From the NCBI GenBank assembly GCA_964563025.1, contig CAZLVK010000003.1:84061-148060 (forward strand): a stretch of DNA of 64,000 nt, read 5' to 3'. The translations under genes and the position numbers were made by a program. Position 1 is the first letter of the stretch. Every line of letters starts with the position of its first letter. The DNA comes from an uncultured Bacteroidaceae bacterium. GTDB lineage: Bacteria > Bacillota > Clostridia > Christensenellales > CAG-917. The notes under the pieces were generated by a model. That model was not told where the DNA came from. It ran no database searches and saw nothing but the letters and a program-made list of their open reading frames with translations. Shown here piece by piece: positions 54,940-63,415 of the stretch.

Positions 54940-56016
54940 TTATTTTGCTCTCTTATAGAAAGGCATAGGCACGATTTCGAGTTCGATACGTCTACCTCTC
55001 ACGTCCGCGGTCAATTGCTTGTCCGCATATTCTTTCTTTATTCTCAACATACAGACGGGATAGCCGAGGGTGGGACAATGAGTACCGCTCGTGGATATAC
55101 CGACTTTTTCGTCCCCGCTGTACACGTCGCAATGCTCGCGAACGATGCCTTTGCCGACGACTTTCGCGCCCACTCTGACGTATTCGGGAGTATGGTTTTC
55201 AAGAGCGGTTTTGCCGATGAAATTCTCTTTGCCCATCTTGATTGCGAATCCGAGACCGACTTCGTTGACGGGAATATCGTCGCCGAGTTCGTGTCCGTAT
55301 AGAGGCATAGACGCTTCGAGACGCAATGTATCGCGCGCGCCGAGTCCGCAAGGAATACAGCCGAACTCTTCCCCCGCTTCGAGGAGAATATCGTAAAGTT
55401 TTTCGGCATCCTCGTTTTTGCAATACACCTCGAAACCGTCTTCTCCGGTATAGCCCGTGCGGGAAAGATAGGTGCAAATTCCGTCGATGACGACGTTTGC
55501 CTTGAAGGAATAATTCTTCATAGGAATATTCTCTTCTGCAACGAGTTTCGATATGAGGGAAATCGCCTTGGGGCCTTGAACGGCAATCTGTGCGATTTCG
55601 TAGGATTTATTTTCAAAAGTAACGTAATCGGGCAAGTGTTTTTCCACCCAATCCGCATCCTTTTCTACGTTTGCGCCGTTGACGACGATCCAGAACTTTT
55701 CTCCGTTTTCGCGATACACGAGAATATCGTCCACCGCACCGCCGTTTTCGTTGGGAAGAAGGGAGTAGCGAACCTGTCCGTCGTACATACCGCGAATATC
55801 GTTGGTGAGGATAGCGTTGACGGCATCCTCCGCTTTTGCGCCCGTCACGAGCAATTCGCCCATATGCGAAACGTCGAACAGACCGACCGCTTGGCGTACT
55901 GCGTTATGCTCCGCGATAACTCCCGAATATTGCACGGGAAGGTCGTAGCCCGCAAACTCGACGATTTTTCCGCCGAGAGCGACGTGCTTGTTATAAAGAG
56001 GTGTTTTCTTGCCCAT
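54940..56016 (-). CDS. gcvT: Aminomethyltransferase (glycine cleavage T protein)
   Basis: TPLYNKHVALGGKIVEFAGYDLPVQY...GLFDVSHMGE is the GcvT signature. Confidence 0.92.
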   Translation of the reverse strand: MGKKTPLYNKHVALGGKIVEFAGYDLPVQYSGVIAEHNAVRQAVGLFDVSHMGELLVTGAKAEDAVNAILTNDIRGMYDGQVRYSLLPNENGGAVDDILVYRENGEKFWIVVNGANVEKDADWVEKHLPDYVTFENKSYEIAQIAVQGPKAISLISKLVAEENIPMKNYSFKANVVIDGICTYLSRTGYTGEDGFEVYCKNEDAEKLYDILLEAGEEFGCIPCGLGARDTLRLEASMPLYGHELGDDIPVNEVGLGFAIKMGKENFIGKTALENHTPEYVRVGAKVVGKGIVREHCDVYSGDEKVGISTSGTHCPTLGYPVCMLRIKKEYADKQLTADVRGRRIELEIVPMPFYKRAK

Positions 56017-56042
56017 ATGTTCTCCTTTGCGGAAGTACCCGC

Positions 56043-57356
56043 TTAAAACTTGATTTTTTGTGCCGCCTCGAAAATGCTTTCGTACATAGTCGGGTGTGCG
56101 TGTATAGTGGTTGCAATATCCTCTGCGGTGAGATGATTTTTGACGGCAAGCGCGATTTCGGCAACGAGTTCGGTCACGCCGTATCCGAAGAGTTCACCGC
56201 CTCGAACAATGCCTTTATCGTCGCAAATCAGTTTGATAAACCCTCTGTTTGAGCCGTTGATGAGGGATTTACCGTTCCCGCCGAGCAAGAACTTGCCGAC
56301 CTTTGCGCCCTCGAAATCCGTCTCTCCGACCATTGCGACTTCGGGGGAAGTATAGACGCACGACGGCACGACCGAGAGGTCTATATCGCAATTATATCCG
56401 TACATATCCGCAAGCGCCACGTATGCGGATGCGGTCGCGAAGTGCGCAAGTTGCACTTTGCCGTTGCAATCTCCGACGGCGTATACGCCCGCCGCGGACG
56501 TGCGCATTTTCTCATCCGTGCATATGAAACGGCCGTCTGTTTCTACGCCTGCGTTTTCAAGTCCTATATCTTTTATATTCGCTTTTCTGCCTATTGCCAC
56601 TATAACCGCGTCGCAAGGGATTGTTTCTGCACTGCCGTTCTTCTCGTAGGTCACGGAAGTCTCGGAAATTTCGACGACCTTTGCGGACGTGACGAAACTC
56701 ACCCCTTTCTTCTTCATGACAGAGGAGAGTTGCACGCTGATTTCCTTGCCGAACATAGGCAAAATTCTATCCGTCGCCTCAACGACGGTTACGGTCTTAC
56801 CGAGTCCCGCGAAGTAGGACGTAAATTCCATTCCGATAACTCCACCGCCGATGACGACGATATTGTTACCCTCGACGGGTGCGGACAGCACGTCGTCCGA
56901 ATTGAGGGCGTATTCGATGCCTTTTATCGGGAGTTTTGCGGGAGAAGAACCGACGGCAACGAGGATATTATCCCCTTCGACGATTTCCTCTCCGATCGCT
57001 ATACTGTGAGGAGATACGAATTTGCCCTCGCCCTCGATATACGCGACCTTGCCCGCTTTCAGCATAGAGCGGATGCCCGAACGCAGAGTTTCTACGATTT
57101 TGTCCTTGTGTGCGTAAATCGCGCCCTCGTCAAACGTTGCGTCAGCGTTTACGCCGAGTTCCGCCCACTCCGTGCGAGAGGAATAAAGGTCGGCGGAATG
57201 CAAAAGCGCCTTAGTCGGGATACAACCGCGATTAAGGCAAGTTCCGCCTACGAAAGACTTTTCTATGAGAGCGACGGATTTGCCGAGTTCCGCCGCCTTG
57301 AGCGCGGCGGGATAGCCCGCGGGACCACCGCCTAAAATCACCAAATCATACTTCAT
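56043..57356 (-). CDS. lpdA: Dihydrolipoyl dehydrogenase
   Basis: YDLVILGGGPAGY (FAD-binding), the redox-active GGTCLNRGCIPTK, and C-terminal HAHPT. Start at ATG 57356. Confidence 0.9.
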   Translation of the reverse strand: MKYDLVILGGGPAGYPAALKAAELGKSVALIEKSFVGGTCLNRGCIPTKALLHSADLYSSRTEWAELGVNADATFDEGAIYAHKDKIVETLRSGIRSMLKAGKVAYIEGEGKFVSPHSIAIGEEIVEGDNILVAVGSSPAKLPIKGIEYALNSDDVLSAPVEGNNIVVIGGGVIGMEFTSYFAGLGKTVTVVEATDRILPMFGKEISVQLSSVMKKKGVSFVTSAKVVEISETSVTYEKNGSAETIPCDAVIVAIGRKANIKDIGLENAGVETDGRFICTDEKMRTSAAGVYAVGDCNGKVQLAHFATASAYVALADMYGYNCDIDLSVVPSCVYTSPEVAMVGETDFEGAKVGKFLLGGNGKSLINGSNRGFIKLICDDKGIVRGGELFGYGVTELVAEIALAVKNHLTAEDIATTIHAHPTMYESIFEAAQKIKF

Positions 57357-58296
57357 ACCACACCTTCTTGATTTCGTCGAGATATTCACCGCTATCGGTT
57401 TTGAGGTTTTTGCCGAGAATTTGATTTTCGAGGAATTCGGACGTTTCGACGTCGAGGCTGTCCGTATACGCCCTAACCGCCGTGACGACGTCGTCTTTGA
57501 CCGTCACCGCGACTTCGACCTTTATTCCGTTTGCGGTCATAGGTATGCGCATATCGTACTCTTCTTTTTTGCCGTAACGCCAATCGTCTGATGCGAAAAT
57601 CATAGTACCGCCCATAATTGCGTTCCCGCCGAGTGCGAAAGGTTGCATTTCTTCGCACGGTATGCCGTCGTATTCCTCTTTGAAAGCGTCTATGAGTGCG
57701 TCGGCAAACCTCTCTTTCGTGATATTTTCGTCGAAAGCGGTGAGAGAGGATACCCGACTCTTCACACTCCTGACCTTCTTTCCGACGAATTTTGTTTCGG
57801 GCGGAGTGAGATAGCGTGCGACCTTATCCGACGGCGAAGTCACGAGCATAGTGCCGTGATGATATTCGTGTCCGTCCTTGCGATAATATGCGTTTCCGCT
57901 GACCTTGAAACCGTCGATTTCGACGTCGTTTCTGCCCGTGAGCGTCGGATTGAGTCCGAAGGAAGACAGAGCGGACAAAAGTATTTTGCGATTTCGGTCG
58001 AGATCGAAGTCCCCCGTACGTCCGAAAAACGTGAAGTTGATATTGCCGAGGTCGTGATAGACCGCACCGCCACCCGACAAACGACGAGCAAGAAGCCCGC
58101 CCTCGGATTCGAGCAAATCGACGTTGACCTCTTGGTAAGCGTCTTGATTGCGTCCGATTACGACGGTGTTCTCGTTCGTCCAAAGATACAAAATAGCCTC
58201 CCCTTCTTCGACCTTGTCAAAGAGGGCGAGTTCGATACCTTGATTGACGAACACGTTCGTGCTTTCGGATTTTACTATCGTGAGTTTTGTTATCAT
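57346..58296 (-). CDS. lplA: Lipoate-protein ligase
   Basis: RRLSGGGAVYHDLGNINFTF and KVSGNAYY are typical of LplA. Its end overlaps the lpdA start by 11 nt. Confidence 0.88.
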   Translation of the reverse strand: MITKLTIVKSESTNVFVNQGIELALFDKVEEGEAILYLWTNENTVVIGRNQDAYQEVNVDLLESEGGLLARRLSGGGAVYHDLGNINFTFFGRTGDFDLDRNRKILLSALSSFGLNPTLTGRNDVEIDGFKVSGNAYYRKDGHEYHHGTMLVTSPSDKVARYLTPPETKFVGKKVRSVKSRVSSLTAFDENITKERFADALIDAFKEEYDGIPCEEMQPFALGGNAIMGGTMIFASDDWRYGKKEEYDMRIPMTANGIKVEVAVTVKDDVVTAVRAYTDSLDVETSEFLENQILGKNLKTDSGEYLDEIKKVWYEV

Positions 58297-58353
58297 AGAT
58301 AACAGTATAGCAAACTACGCACCAATTATCAAGAGCAAATGTAAATAATTAAA

Positions 58354-58388
58354 CGAAAAAACCGCGGAATGATTTTCCGCGGTTTTTC
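58354..58388. terminator. Bidirectional-shaped terminator after the 210-aa lipoprotein gene
   Basis: Stem accgcggaa/ttccgcggt, with A and T runs on the two sides. Confidence 0.8.
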
Positions 58389-58401
58389 TTCCAATCTATC
58401 G

Positions 58402-59034
58402 TCAATGTATATCGTAGCCGAATGATGTTCCGATTTCGAAATCCTCGTAATCGGGGAAATTTTCCAAGGATAAAGTCGTTTCATTAAAATCGTAAAGAGT
58501 ATAAACGCCAATTTCTCCATCGCTGAAATTTCGAGTAAATATTATCTTTCCGTCCTCAATGCGCATAGTTGCGTTGTCATTGTCAACGTCCGTTATGAAT
58601 TCTTCAAGCGTTTCACGCCCATAGTTTTCGCAGAATTCTTTTATTGATCTTTCAAGTTCAAGTACCTCAACCTGAATATAACTTTCGTCGGACATATTTA
58701 ATGCAAAATATTTATTCCCCTCGTAAAAGCATGCACTCCTTGACGACTCGCTTTCTTCGTCGTAATCTATTGCGGTATATCCTGTTTCACACATATTAAT
58801 TATAATCTTATATTGAATCGAATCATTATGAATACTCTCGTAAATCATTTTATAATTCGTCACTTCTGCAAATATGGTTTTGATTTCGTCCAAACTCATG
58901 CCGTCCGATAATTCTATAGCGGACGAGTTGTTCGCCGTACCCGAATTTTCTTCTTTTTCATCGCACGCTACGAATATACAAAAAAGCATACAAAGCGCAA
59001 TCAAAGTTGCCACGATTTTGATTTTTTTGTTCAT
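58402..59034 (-). CDS. Lipoprotein, unknown function (210 aa)
   Basis: Signal peptide plus lipobox FVAC. AGGAGG RBS. No family recognised. Confidence 0.7.
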   Translation of the reverse strand: MNKKIKIVATLIALCMLFCIFVACDEKEENSGTANNSSAIELSDGMSLDEIKTIFAEVTNYKMIYESIHNDSIQYKIIINMCETGYTAIDYDEESESSRSACFYEGNKYFALNMSDESYIQVEVLELERSIKEFCENYGRETLEEFITDVDNDNATMRIEDGKIIFTRNFSDGEIGVYTLYDFNETTLSLENFPDYEDFEIGTSFGYDIH

Positions 59035-59070
59035 GATTTATCCTCCTAAATCTTTTTACAACTAAATTAT

Positions 59071-59119
59071 AATCACCTAATGTGCGATTGTCAAGACTAA
59101 AATCACCCGATATGCGATT
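59071..59119. promoter_or_regulatory. Two dyad-symmetric direct repeats (putative XRE operators)
   Basis: aatcacctaatgtgcgatt (59071-59089) and aatcacccgatatgcgatt (59101-59119), 30 bp apart. Each is AATCAC-N7-GCGATT. Confidence 0.5.
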
Positions 59120-59143
59120 ATTTATTCGCAAAGAGGTGAGTTT

Positions 59144-59353
59144 ATGGAACTTAAAGATATTCAAGAAAGACTGAGAAAGGCAATCAAAGAAAGCGGTATC
59201 GAACAAAAAGAATTAGCCAAAACGGTTGGTGTGTCCCCTCAAACAATTTCAAAATATATGCGTAGAAATATATTTCCCGCCCTCGACACGTTTGCAAAAC
59301 TGTGTCGCGCTCTCGATGTTTCCGCAGACTCGATTTTAGGCGTTTCAGAATGA
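59144..59353 (+). CDS. XRE-family helix-turn-helix transcriptional regulator (69 aa)
   Basis: HTH_3 pattern GIEQKELAKTVGVSPQTISKYMRRNIFPALDTFAKLCRAL. GAGGTG RBS. Confidence 0.85.
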   Translation: MELKDIQERLRKAIKESGIEQKELAKTVGVSPQTISKYMRRNIFPALDTFAKLCRALDVSADSILGVSE

Positions 59354-59395
59354 TTTTACGCTAACCGTATTTCTAACAATCAAAACCATTCCCTT

Positions 59396-59427
59396 AAAAA
59401 GAAAAGCGCACTGTAAGTGCGCTTTTT
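59396..59427. terminator. Bidirectional terminator between the XRE gene and upp
   Basis: Stem gcgcact/agtgcgc, loop gta, with A-rich and T5 flanks. Confidence 0.8.
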
Positions 59428-59452
59428 GTGTTTTGTTTTCTGTTTACTATGA

Positions 59453-60091
59453 TTATTTGGTTCCGAAGAGACGGTCGCCCGCATCGCCGAGTCCGGGAAG
59501 GATGTAACCGACGTCGTTGAGTTGACGATCGAGCGTGGAGACGTAGATTTTCACGTCGGGGTGTGCTTCCGCAACCGCTTCGACACCTTCGGGTACGCCG
59601 ATTATGTTCATGAGACGAATATCCTTGCAACCACGATCTTTGAGGAATTTGATTGCCGCAACTGCGCTACCGCCCGTTGCGAGCATCGGATCGAGAAGAA
59701 TTGCTATGCTGTCTTCGATGCCTTGGGGAAGTTTGCAATAATATTCGTGAGGAATGAGGGTTTCTTCGTCGCGGTAGAGACCGATATGTCCGACGTGTGC
59801 GGTGGGGAACAGAGTATGAACGCCGTTCACCATGCCGAGACCTGCGCGAAGGATAGGAACGATAGAGACCGCATTGTCCGCGACCATGGTTTGTTCGGTT
59901 TCTTCGAGAGGAGTTTTGACCATAACTTTCTTGGTGGGAACGTCTTTGAACGCTTCGTAGACCATGAGAGTGGTGATTTCTTCGACGAGTTCGCGGAACT
60001 CTTTCATACCGGTTTTTTCATCGCGAAGGATTGCGACTTTGTGTTGAATAAGGGGGTGATTGAAAATCGTTACGTTTTTATAGTCTTTCAT
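59453..60091 (-). CDS. upp: Uracil phosphoribosyltransferase
   Basis: VTIFNHPLIQHKVAILRDEKTG...LLDPMLATGGSA...YILPGLGDAGDRLFGTK is the Upp signature. Confidence 0.93.
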   Translation of the reverse strand: MKDYKNVTIFNHPLIQHKVAILRDEKTGMKEFRELVEEITTLMVYEAFKDVPTKKVMVKTPLEETEQTMVADNAVSIVPILRAGLGMVNGVHTLFPTAHVGHIGLYRDEETLIPHEYYCKLPQGIEDSIAILLDPMLATGGSAVAAIKFLKDRGCKDIRLMNIIGVPEGVEAVAEAHPDVKIYVSTLDRQLNDVGYILPGLGDAGDRLFGTK

Positions 60092-60151
60092 TTTTTACCT
60101 CATTTCGTTAGAAACCGCCCTATTATTCATAGAGCGGTTTCGTATTACTGA

Positions 60152-61759
60152 TTATTCTGCGTCGCTTGCGTTGTCGGATGCGACTTCTTCTTGTGCTTCT
60201 TCTGCGTTTTCTTCTTTGACGACGGAGACGCCGACTTCAAAGTGCGCTTCGGTCGCTACCGCACCGGTGATAAGGCTATCGGTTTCACCTTCTTCGAGTT
60301 CGATACCCTTGTCTTCTTGACCTTTTTCAATCTTGGTGATGATGGTGTAGACCAAAATTCCGAGGATGAGTGCGGTTGCGATGGAAGTGATGGTGATGGT
60401 CTTGGAGACGGTGCCGTCGTTTTCAAGCGCATAGGGGATTTGGATAGAGAGTCCGCCGATACCCGCGATGAGGATAGTGCTGACGGTGAAGAGGTTCTTG
60501 TTGTCGCCGAGGTCGATGTCTTTGAACATCTTGAGACCGCTGACTGCGATGAATCCGTAAAGCGTGAGGCAGACGCCGCCCATTACGCAAGAAGGAATGG
60601 TTTGAAGCAAGGACATAATCGGAGTGACAAAACTCAGGACTATGCACATGACCGCCGCTGCGAAAATGGTGGTTATGGATGCGTTCTTGGTGATTGCTAC
60701 ACAACCAACGGATTCGCCGTAAGTGGTGTTGGGGCAAATACCGAACACGGTACCGACCATGGAGCCGACGCCGTCGCCGAGGAGGGTTCTTTCAAGTCCG
60801 GGTTCGCCTTCGACGAGGTCACGACCGATAATGGAGCCGAGGTTCTTGTGGTCTGCGATATGTTCCGCAAAGACGACGAATGCAACGGGGATGAACGCGA
60901 GTGCGATTTCCGCTACGCCTGCGCCGGTGATAACGGTTGCCGCGCCGTTGGTCGCTGCTTGAACCGCTTCGTTGACGTTGCCGTGGACGAGTTCTTTGAT
61001 TGCTTCGATGAGTGCGAAGTCAGGATAATTGAGGAATGCGGTGACGCCGGTGAATTGACCGTCGACCACGAAGTTTTGAACGAGAGGAGTCCAGTTGACT
61101 ATCTTGAGATATTCAACGTCGAAGCAGTAGCCGAAAATCGAGAAGAAGGATGCGACTACGTAGCCTGCGCCGATACCGATAATGAACGGAATAAGTCTAC
61201 CCATTTTGAATTTCTTTTGGGTGGAGCAAATGCAGATGGTGACGAGAGTCACGAGGCCGCAGAAGAGTGCGACGAGGTTGTAACTTGCATTGACGGTTGC
61301 GCCGCTTGCTTTGACGATGTCACCCATTGCAGAGCCTGCAAGAGAGAGTCCGATAAGCGCGACGGTCGGTCCGATGACGACGGGAGGCATGAGTTTGGAT
61401 ACCCATTTGGTGCCGACGAAGTGAATCACGAGTGCGATGATAACGTACACGAGACCTGCGAGGATACCGCCGATGATGATTCCGCAATAACCGAACATAA
61501 GCGCGGTAGAAAGGGAACTGAGGAATGCAAATGACGACGATACGATGACCGGGCTCTTAAACTTCGTGAAAAGAAGATAAGTGATAGTGCCGAGACCTGC
61601 GCCGAGAATTGCCGCGGGGATTTGAGTGGGCAAACCGATAATCGTAGGCACCGCGATGGTTGCCGCCATGATGGCGAGAACTTGTTGGAGCGCGAAAATC
61701 AAGAGTTTCCCGAACTTAGGTTTGTCTTCAACGTCATAGATAAGACCGTTTTTGTTCAT
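60152..61759 (-). CDS. pyrP: Uracil/nucleobase permease (NCS2 family) with acidic C-terminal extension
   Basis: Multi-TM protein with NCS2-like motifs (FALQQVLAIMAATIAVP, EHIADHK, GICPNTTYGESVG). Start at the second ATG, 61759 (GGAG RBS). Sits between pyrR and upp. Confidence 0.85.
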   Translation of the reverse strand: MNKNGLIYDVEDKPKFGKLLIFALQQVLAIMAATIAVPTIIGLPTQIPAAILGAGLGTITYLLFTKFKSPVIVSSSFAFLSSLSTALMFGYCGIIIGGILAGLVYVIIALVIHFVGTKWVSKLMPPVVIGPTVALIGLSLAGSAMGDIVKASGATVNASYNLVALFCGLVTLVTICICSTQKKFKMGRLIPFIIGIGAGYVVASFFSIFGYCFDVEYLKIVNWTPLVQNFVVDGQFTGVTAFLNYPDFALIEAIKELVHGNVNEAVQAATNGAATVITGAGVAEIALAFIPVAFVVFAEHIADHKNLGSIIGRDLVEGEPGLERTLLGDGVGSMVGTVFGICPNTTYGESVGCVAITKNASITTIFAAAVMCIVLSFVTPIMSLLQTIPSCVMGGVCLTLYGFIAVSGLKMFKDIDLGDNKNLFTVSTILIAGIGGLSIQIPYALENDGTVSKTITITSIATALILGILVYTIITKIEKGQEDKGIELEEGETDSLITGAVATEAHFEVGVSVVKEENAEEAQEEVASDNASDAE

Positions 61760-61813
61760 AGTGTTACTCTCCATTTTTAATTTTCTTGTGTTTTATGCTT
61801 TTTGTTGATACCT

Positions 61814-61848
61814 ATAAAAAAACCTTGTCGGCGCAGAATACGGACAAG
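61814..61848 (-). terminator. Leader terminator (candidate PyrR-dependent attenuator) upstream of the uracil permease
   Basis: Stem ccttgtc/gacaagg plus U7 on the minus strand. An upstream gacaaga could pair with the 5' arm as an antiterminator. Confidence 0.55.
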
Positions 61849-61923
61849 GCAAAACGAATAATTTCAATATGGTTTTGTCAATCTTGTCTATATCCCGTAT
61901 AGCCCTTAAAGATTTATCATAGT

Positions 61924-61953
61924 GATGATAGCACATTGCCTTTGCGGGTGTCA
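61924..61953 (-). promoter_or_regulatory. Candidate promoter between pyrR and the uracil permease
   Basis: On the minus strand: TTGACA, 18 nt, TATCAT. Confidence 0.5.
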
Positions 61954-61991
61954 ACCGTTTTGACTTAATTGCTACAAAGTGTTTTTGCGTT

Positions 61992-62531
61992 TTACGAATA
62001 CAACTCCACGCAGTTTGCGCCGACGCCGTCCGTCTCCTCGAAACGCACCGCAATCGTCTCCTTTGCGGAAGTCGGAATATTCTTGCCGACATAGTCGGCA
62101 CGTATGGGAAGTTCCCTATGCCCGCGGTCGATAATCACCGCAAGTTGTATGGTTTTCGGGCGTCCGAAGTGCAAAATCGCGTCTATTGCCACCCTTGCCG
62201 TTCTGCCCGTATAAAGCACGTCGTCGCAGAGTATGACGTTCTTGTCGGATATGTCGAAAGGTATATCCGTGCTCTTGACGTCCGCCACTTCTCCTATTTC
62301 GGACAAGTCGTCGCGGTAAAGGGTTATATCTATGATGCCTAAATCCACCTTTTTACCCTCTATATTTTCGACGTTTCTTTGAATACGCTTTGCCATAGGC
62401 ACTCCCCTCGTGTGTATGCCGACGAGCACGACGTCGTCGATGCCGTCGTTCTTTTCGACTATTTCGTGAGAGATGCGCAAAAGCGCGCGACTGAGCGCGG
62501 TTTCGTCAAGCAAAACTTTTTTGAGTTCCAT
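61992..62531 (-). CDS. pyrR: Bifunctional pyr operon regulator / uracil phosphoribosyltransferase PyrR
   Basis: [22 protein letters not shown]...[13 protein letters not shown]...[12 protein letters not shown] is the PyrR signature. AAGGTGA RBS. Confidence 0.92.
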   Translation of the reverse strand: MELKKVLLDETALSRALLRISHEIVEKNDGIDDVVLVGIHTRGVPMAKRIQRNVENIEGKKVDLGIIDITLYRDDLSEIGEVADVKSTDIPFDISDKNVILCDDVLYTGRTARVAIDAILHFGRPKTIQLAVIIDRGHRELPIRADYVGKNIPTSAKETIAVRFEETDGVGANCVELYS

Positions 62532-62572
62532 ATATCACCTTATATTCACGCGCACGAGCGCGTTACGCTCGA

Positions 62573-63412
62573 TTACTGTCCTGAGATTATCTTCTTCAAC
62601 TCTTCCAAATCGAAGTCGGGAACGTATTCCTCTTTCGCACTGTCGAGTTCTTGAGAAAAGCCGTTCGTAAGTCCCGCGTCGAAAAAAGCGTTTACGGCGG
62701 TGTTGTATTCGAGTTCGTTCAGCCGTCTGCCGAGGGCGGGATGTCCCTCTACCGCGGGAACGGGGAAATACTGCCCCATCACGCTGACGAACATACCCTT
62801 GTCGATTTCCGCTATCGCACTCATGACTCCCCTCGTGTTGCGAAGTCCGCGCGGGAGCACGAGATGGCGCACAATGACTCCCTTCACCATCATTCCGTCG
62901 TCGTCGAAGATATTTCTCGGTTGCTGACGACGCATTTCGGCTATCGCCTTTTTCGCGACTTCAAAATATCCCGGCGCATTCGAGTATTCGACCGCGAGTT
63001 TGTCGTCGCTGTACTTGAAATCGGGGAGCCATACGTCCACGAGCCCTTCGAGTTTTTGGAGATTAGCCACCGTTTCGTAACCGTTGGAATTCCAAACGAT
63101 AGGTATATGCAAAGTCGGCTTGACTATCCGCAAAGTGTCCGCAAGCAAATTGACATTGGGCGGCGGTGTCACGAGGTTTATATTTTCCGCGCCAAGGTCT
63201 TGAAGATAGAGCATTGCACCGATAAGTTGTTCGGGGGTTACGTCAAGCCCCTTCCCCTCGTGCGAAATCTCGTAATTCTGGCAAAACTTGCACCTGAGGT
63301 TGCACCCCGAAAAGAAGATGGTTCCGCTACCTCCCGTACCCGAAATGCACGGTTCCTCGAAACGATGAAGTCCTACCCTTGCAATCTTGAAAGTTCCGTC
63401 TTTCCCCGACAT
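62573..63412 (-). CDS. Radical SAM protein, PflX-like (COG1313 type)
   Basis: HRFEEPCISGTGGSGTIFFSGCNLRCKFCQNYEIS (CxxxCxxC), VDVWLPDFKYSDDKLA, VRHLVLP. Confidence 0.8.
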   Translation of the reverse strand: MSGKDGTFKIARVGLHRFEEPCISGTGGSGTIFFSGCNLRCKFCQNYEISHEGKGLDVTPEQLIGAMLYLQDLGAENINLVTPPPNVNLLADTLRIVKPTLHIPIVWNSNGYETVANLQKLEGLVDVWLPDFKYSDDKLAVEYSNAPGYFEVAKKAIAEMRRQQPRNIFDDDGMMVKGVIVRHLVLPRGLRNTRGVMSAIAEIDKGMFVSVMGQYFPVPAVEGHPALGRRLNELEYNTAVNAFFDAGLTNGFSQELDSAKEEYVPDFDLEELKKIISGQ

Positions 63413-63415
63413 AGG

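Noticed and set aside
56017-58401. Glycine riboswitch upstream of the gcv genes
   Set aside because: The available non-coding stretches (26 nt before gcvT, about 60 nt before lplA after a terminator) are too short, and no conserved glycine-aptamer features were seen.
60092-60151. Hairpin aaaccgc...gcggttt between the uracil permease and upp as a terminator
   Set aside because: No U-run follows it on the coding (minus) strand, and the upp RBS follows closely. I treat it as an intercistronic structure of unknown effect and do not call it.
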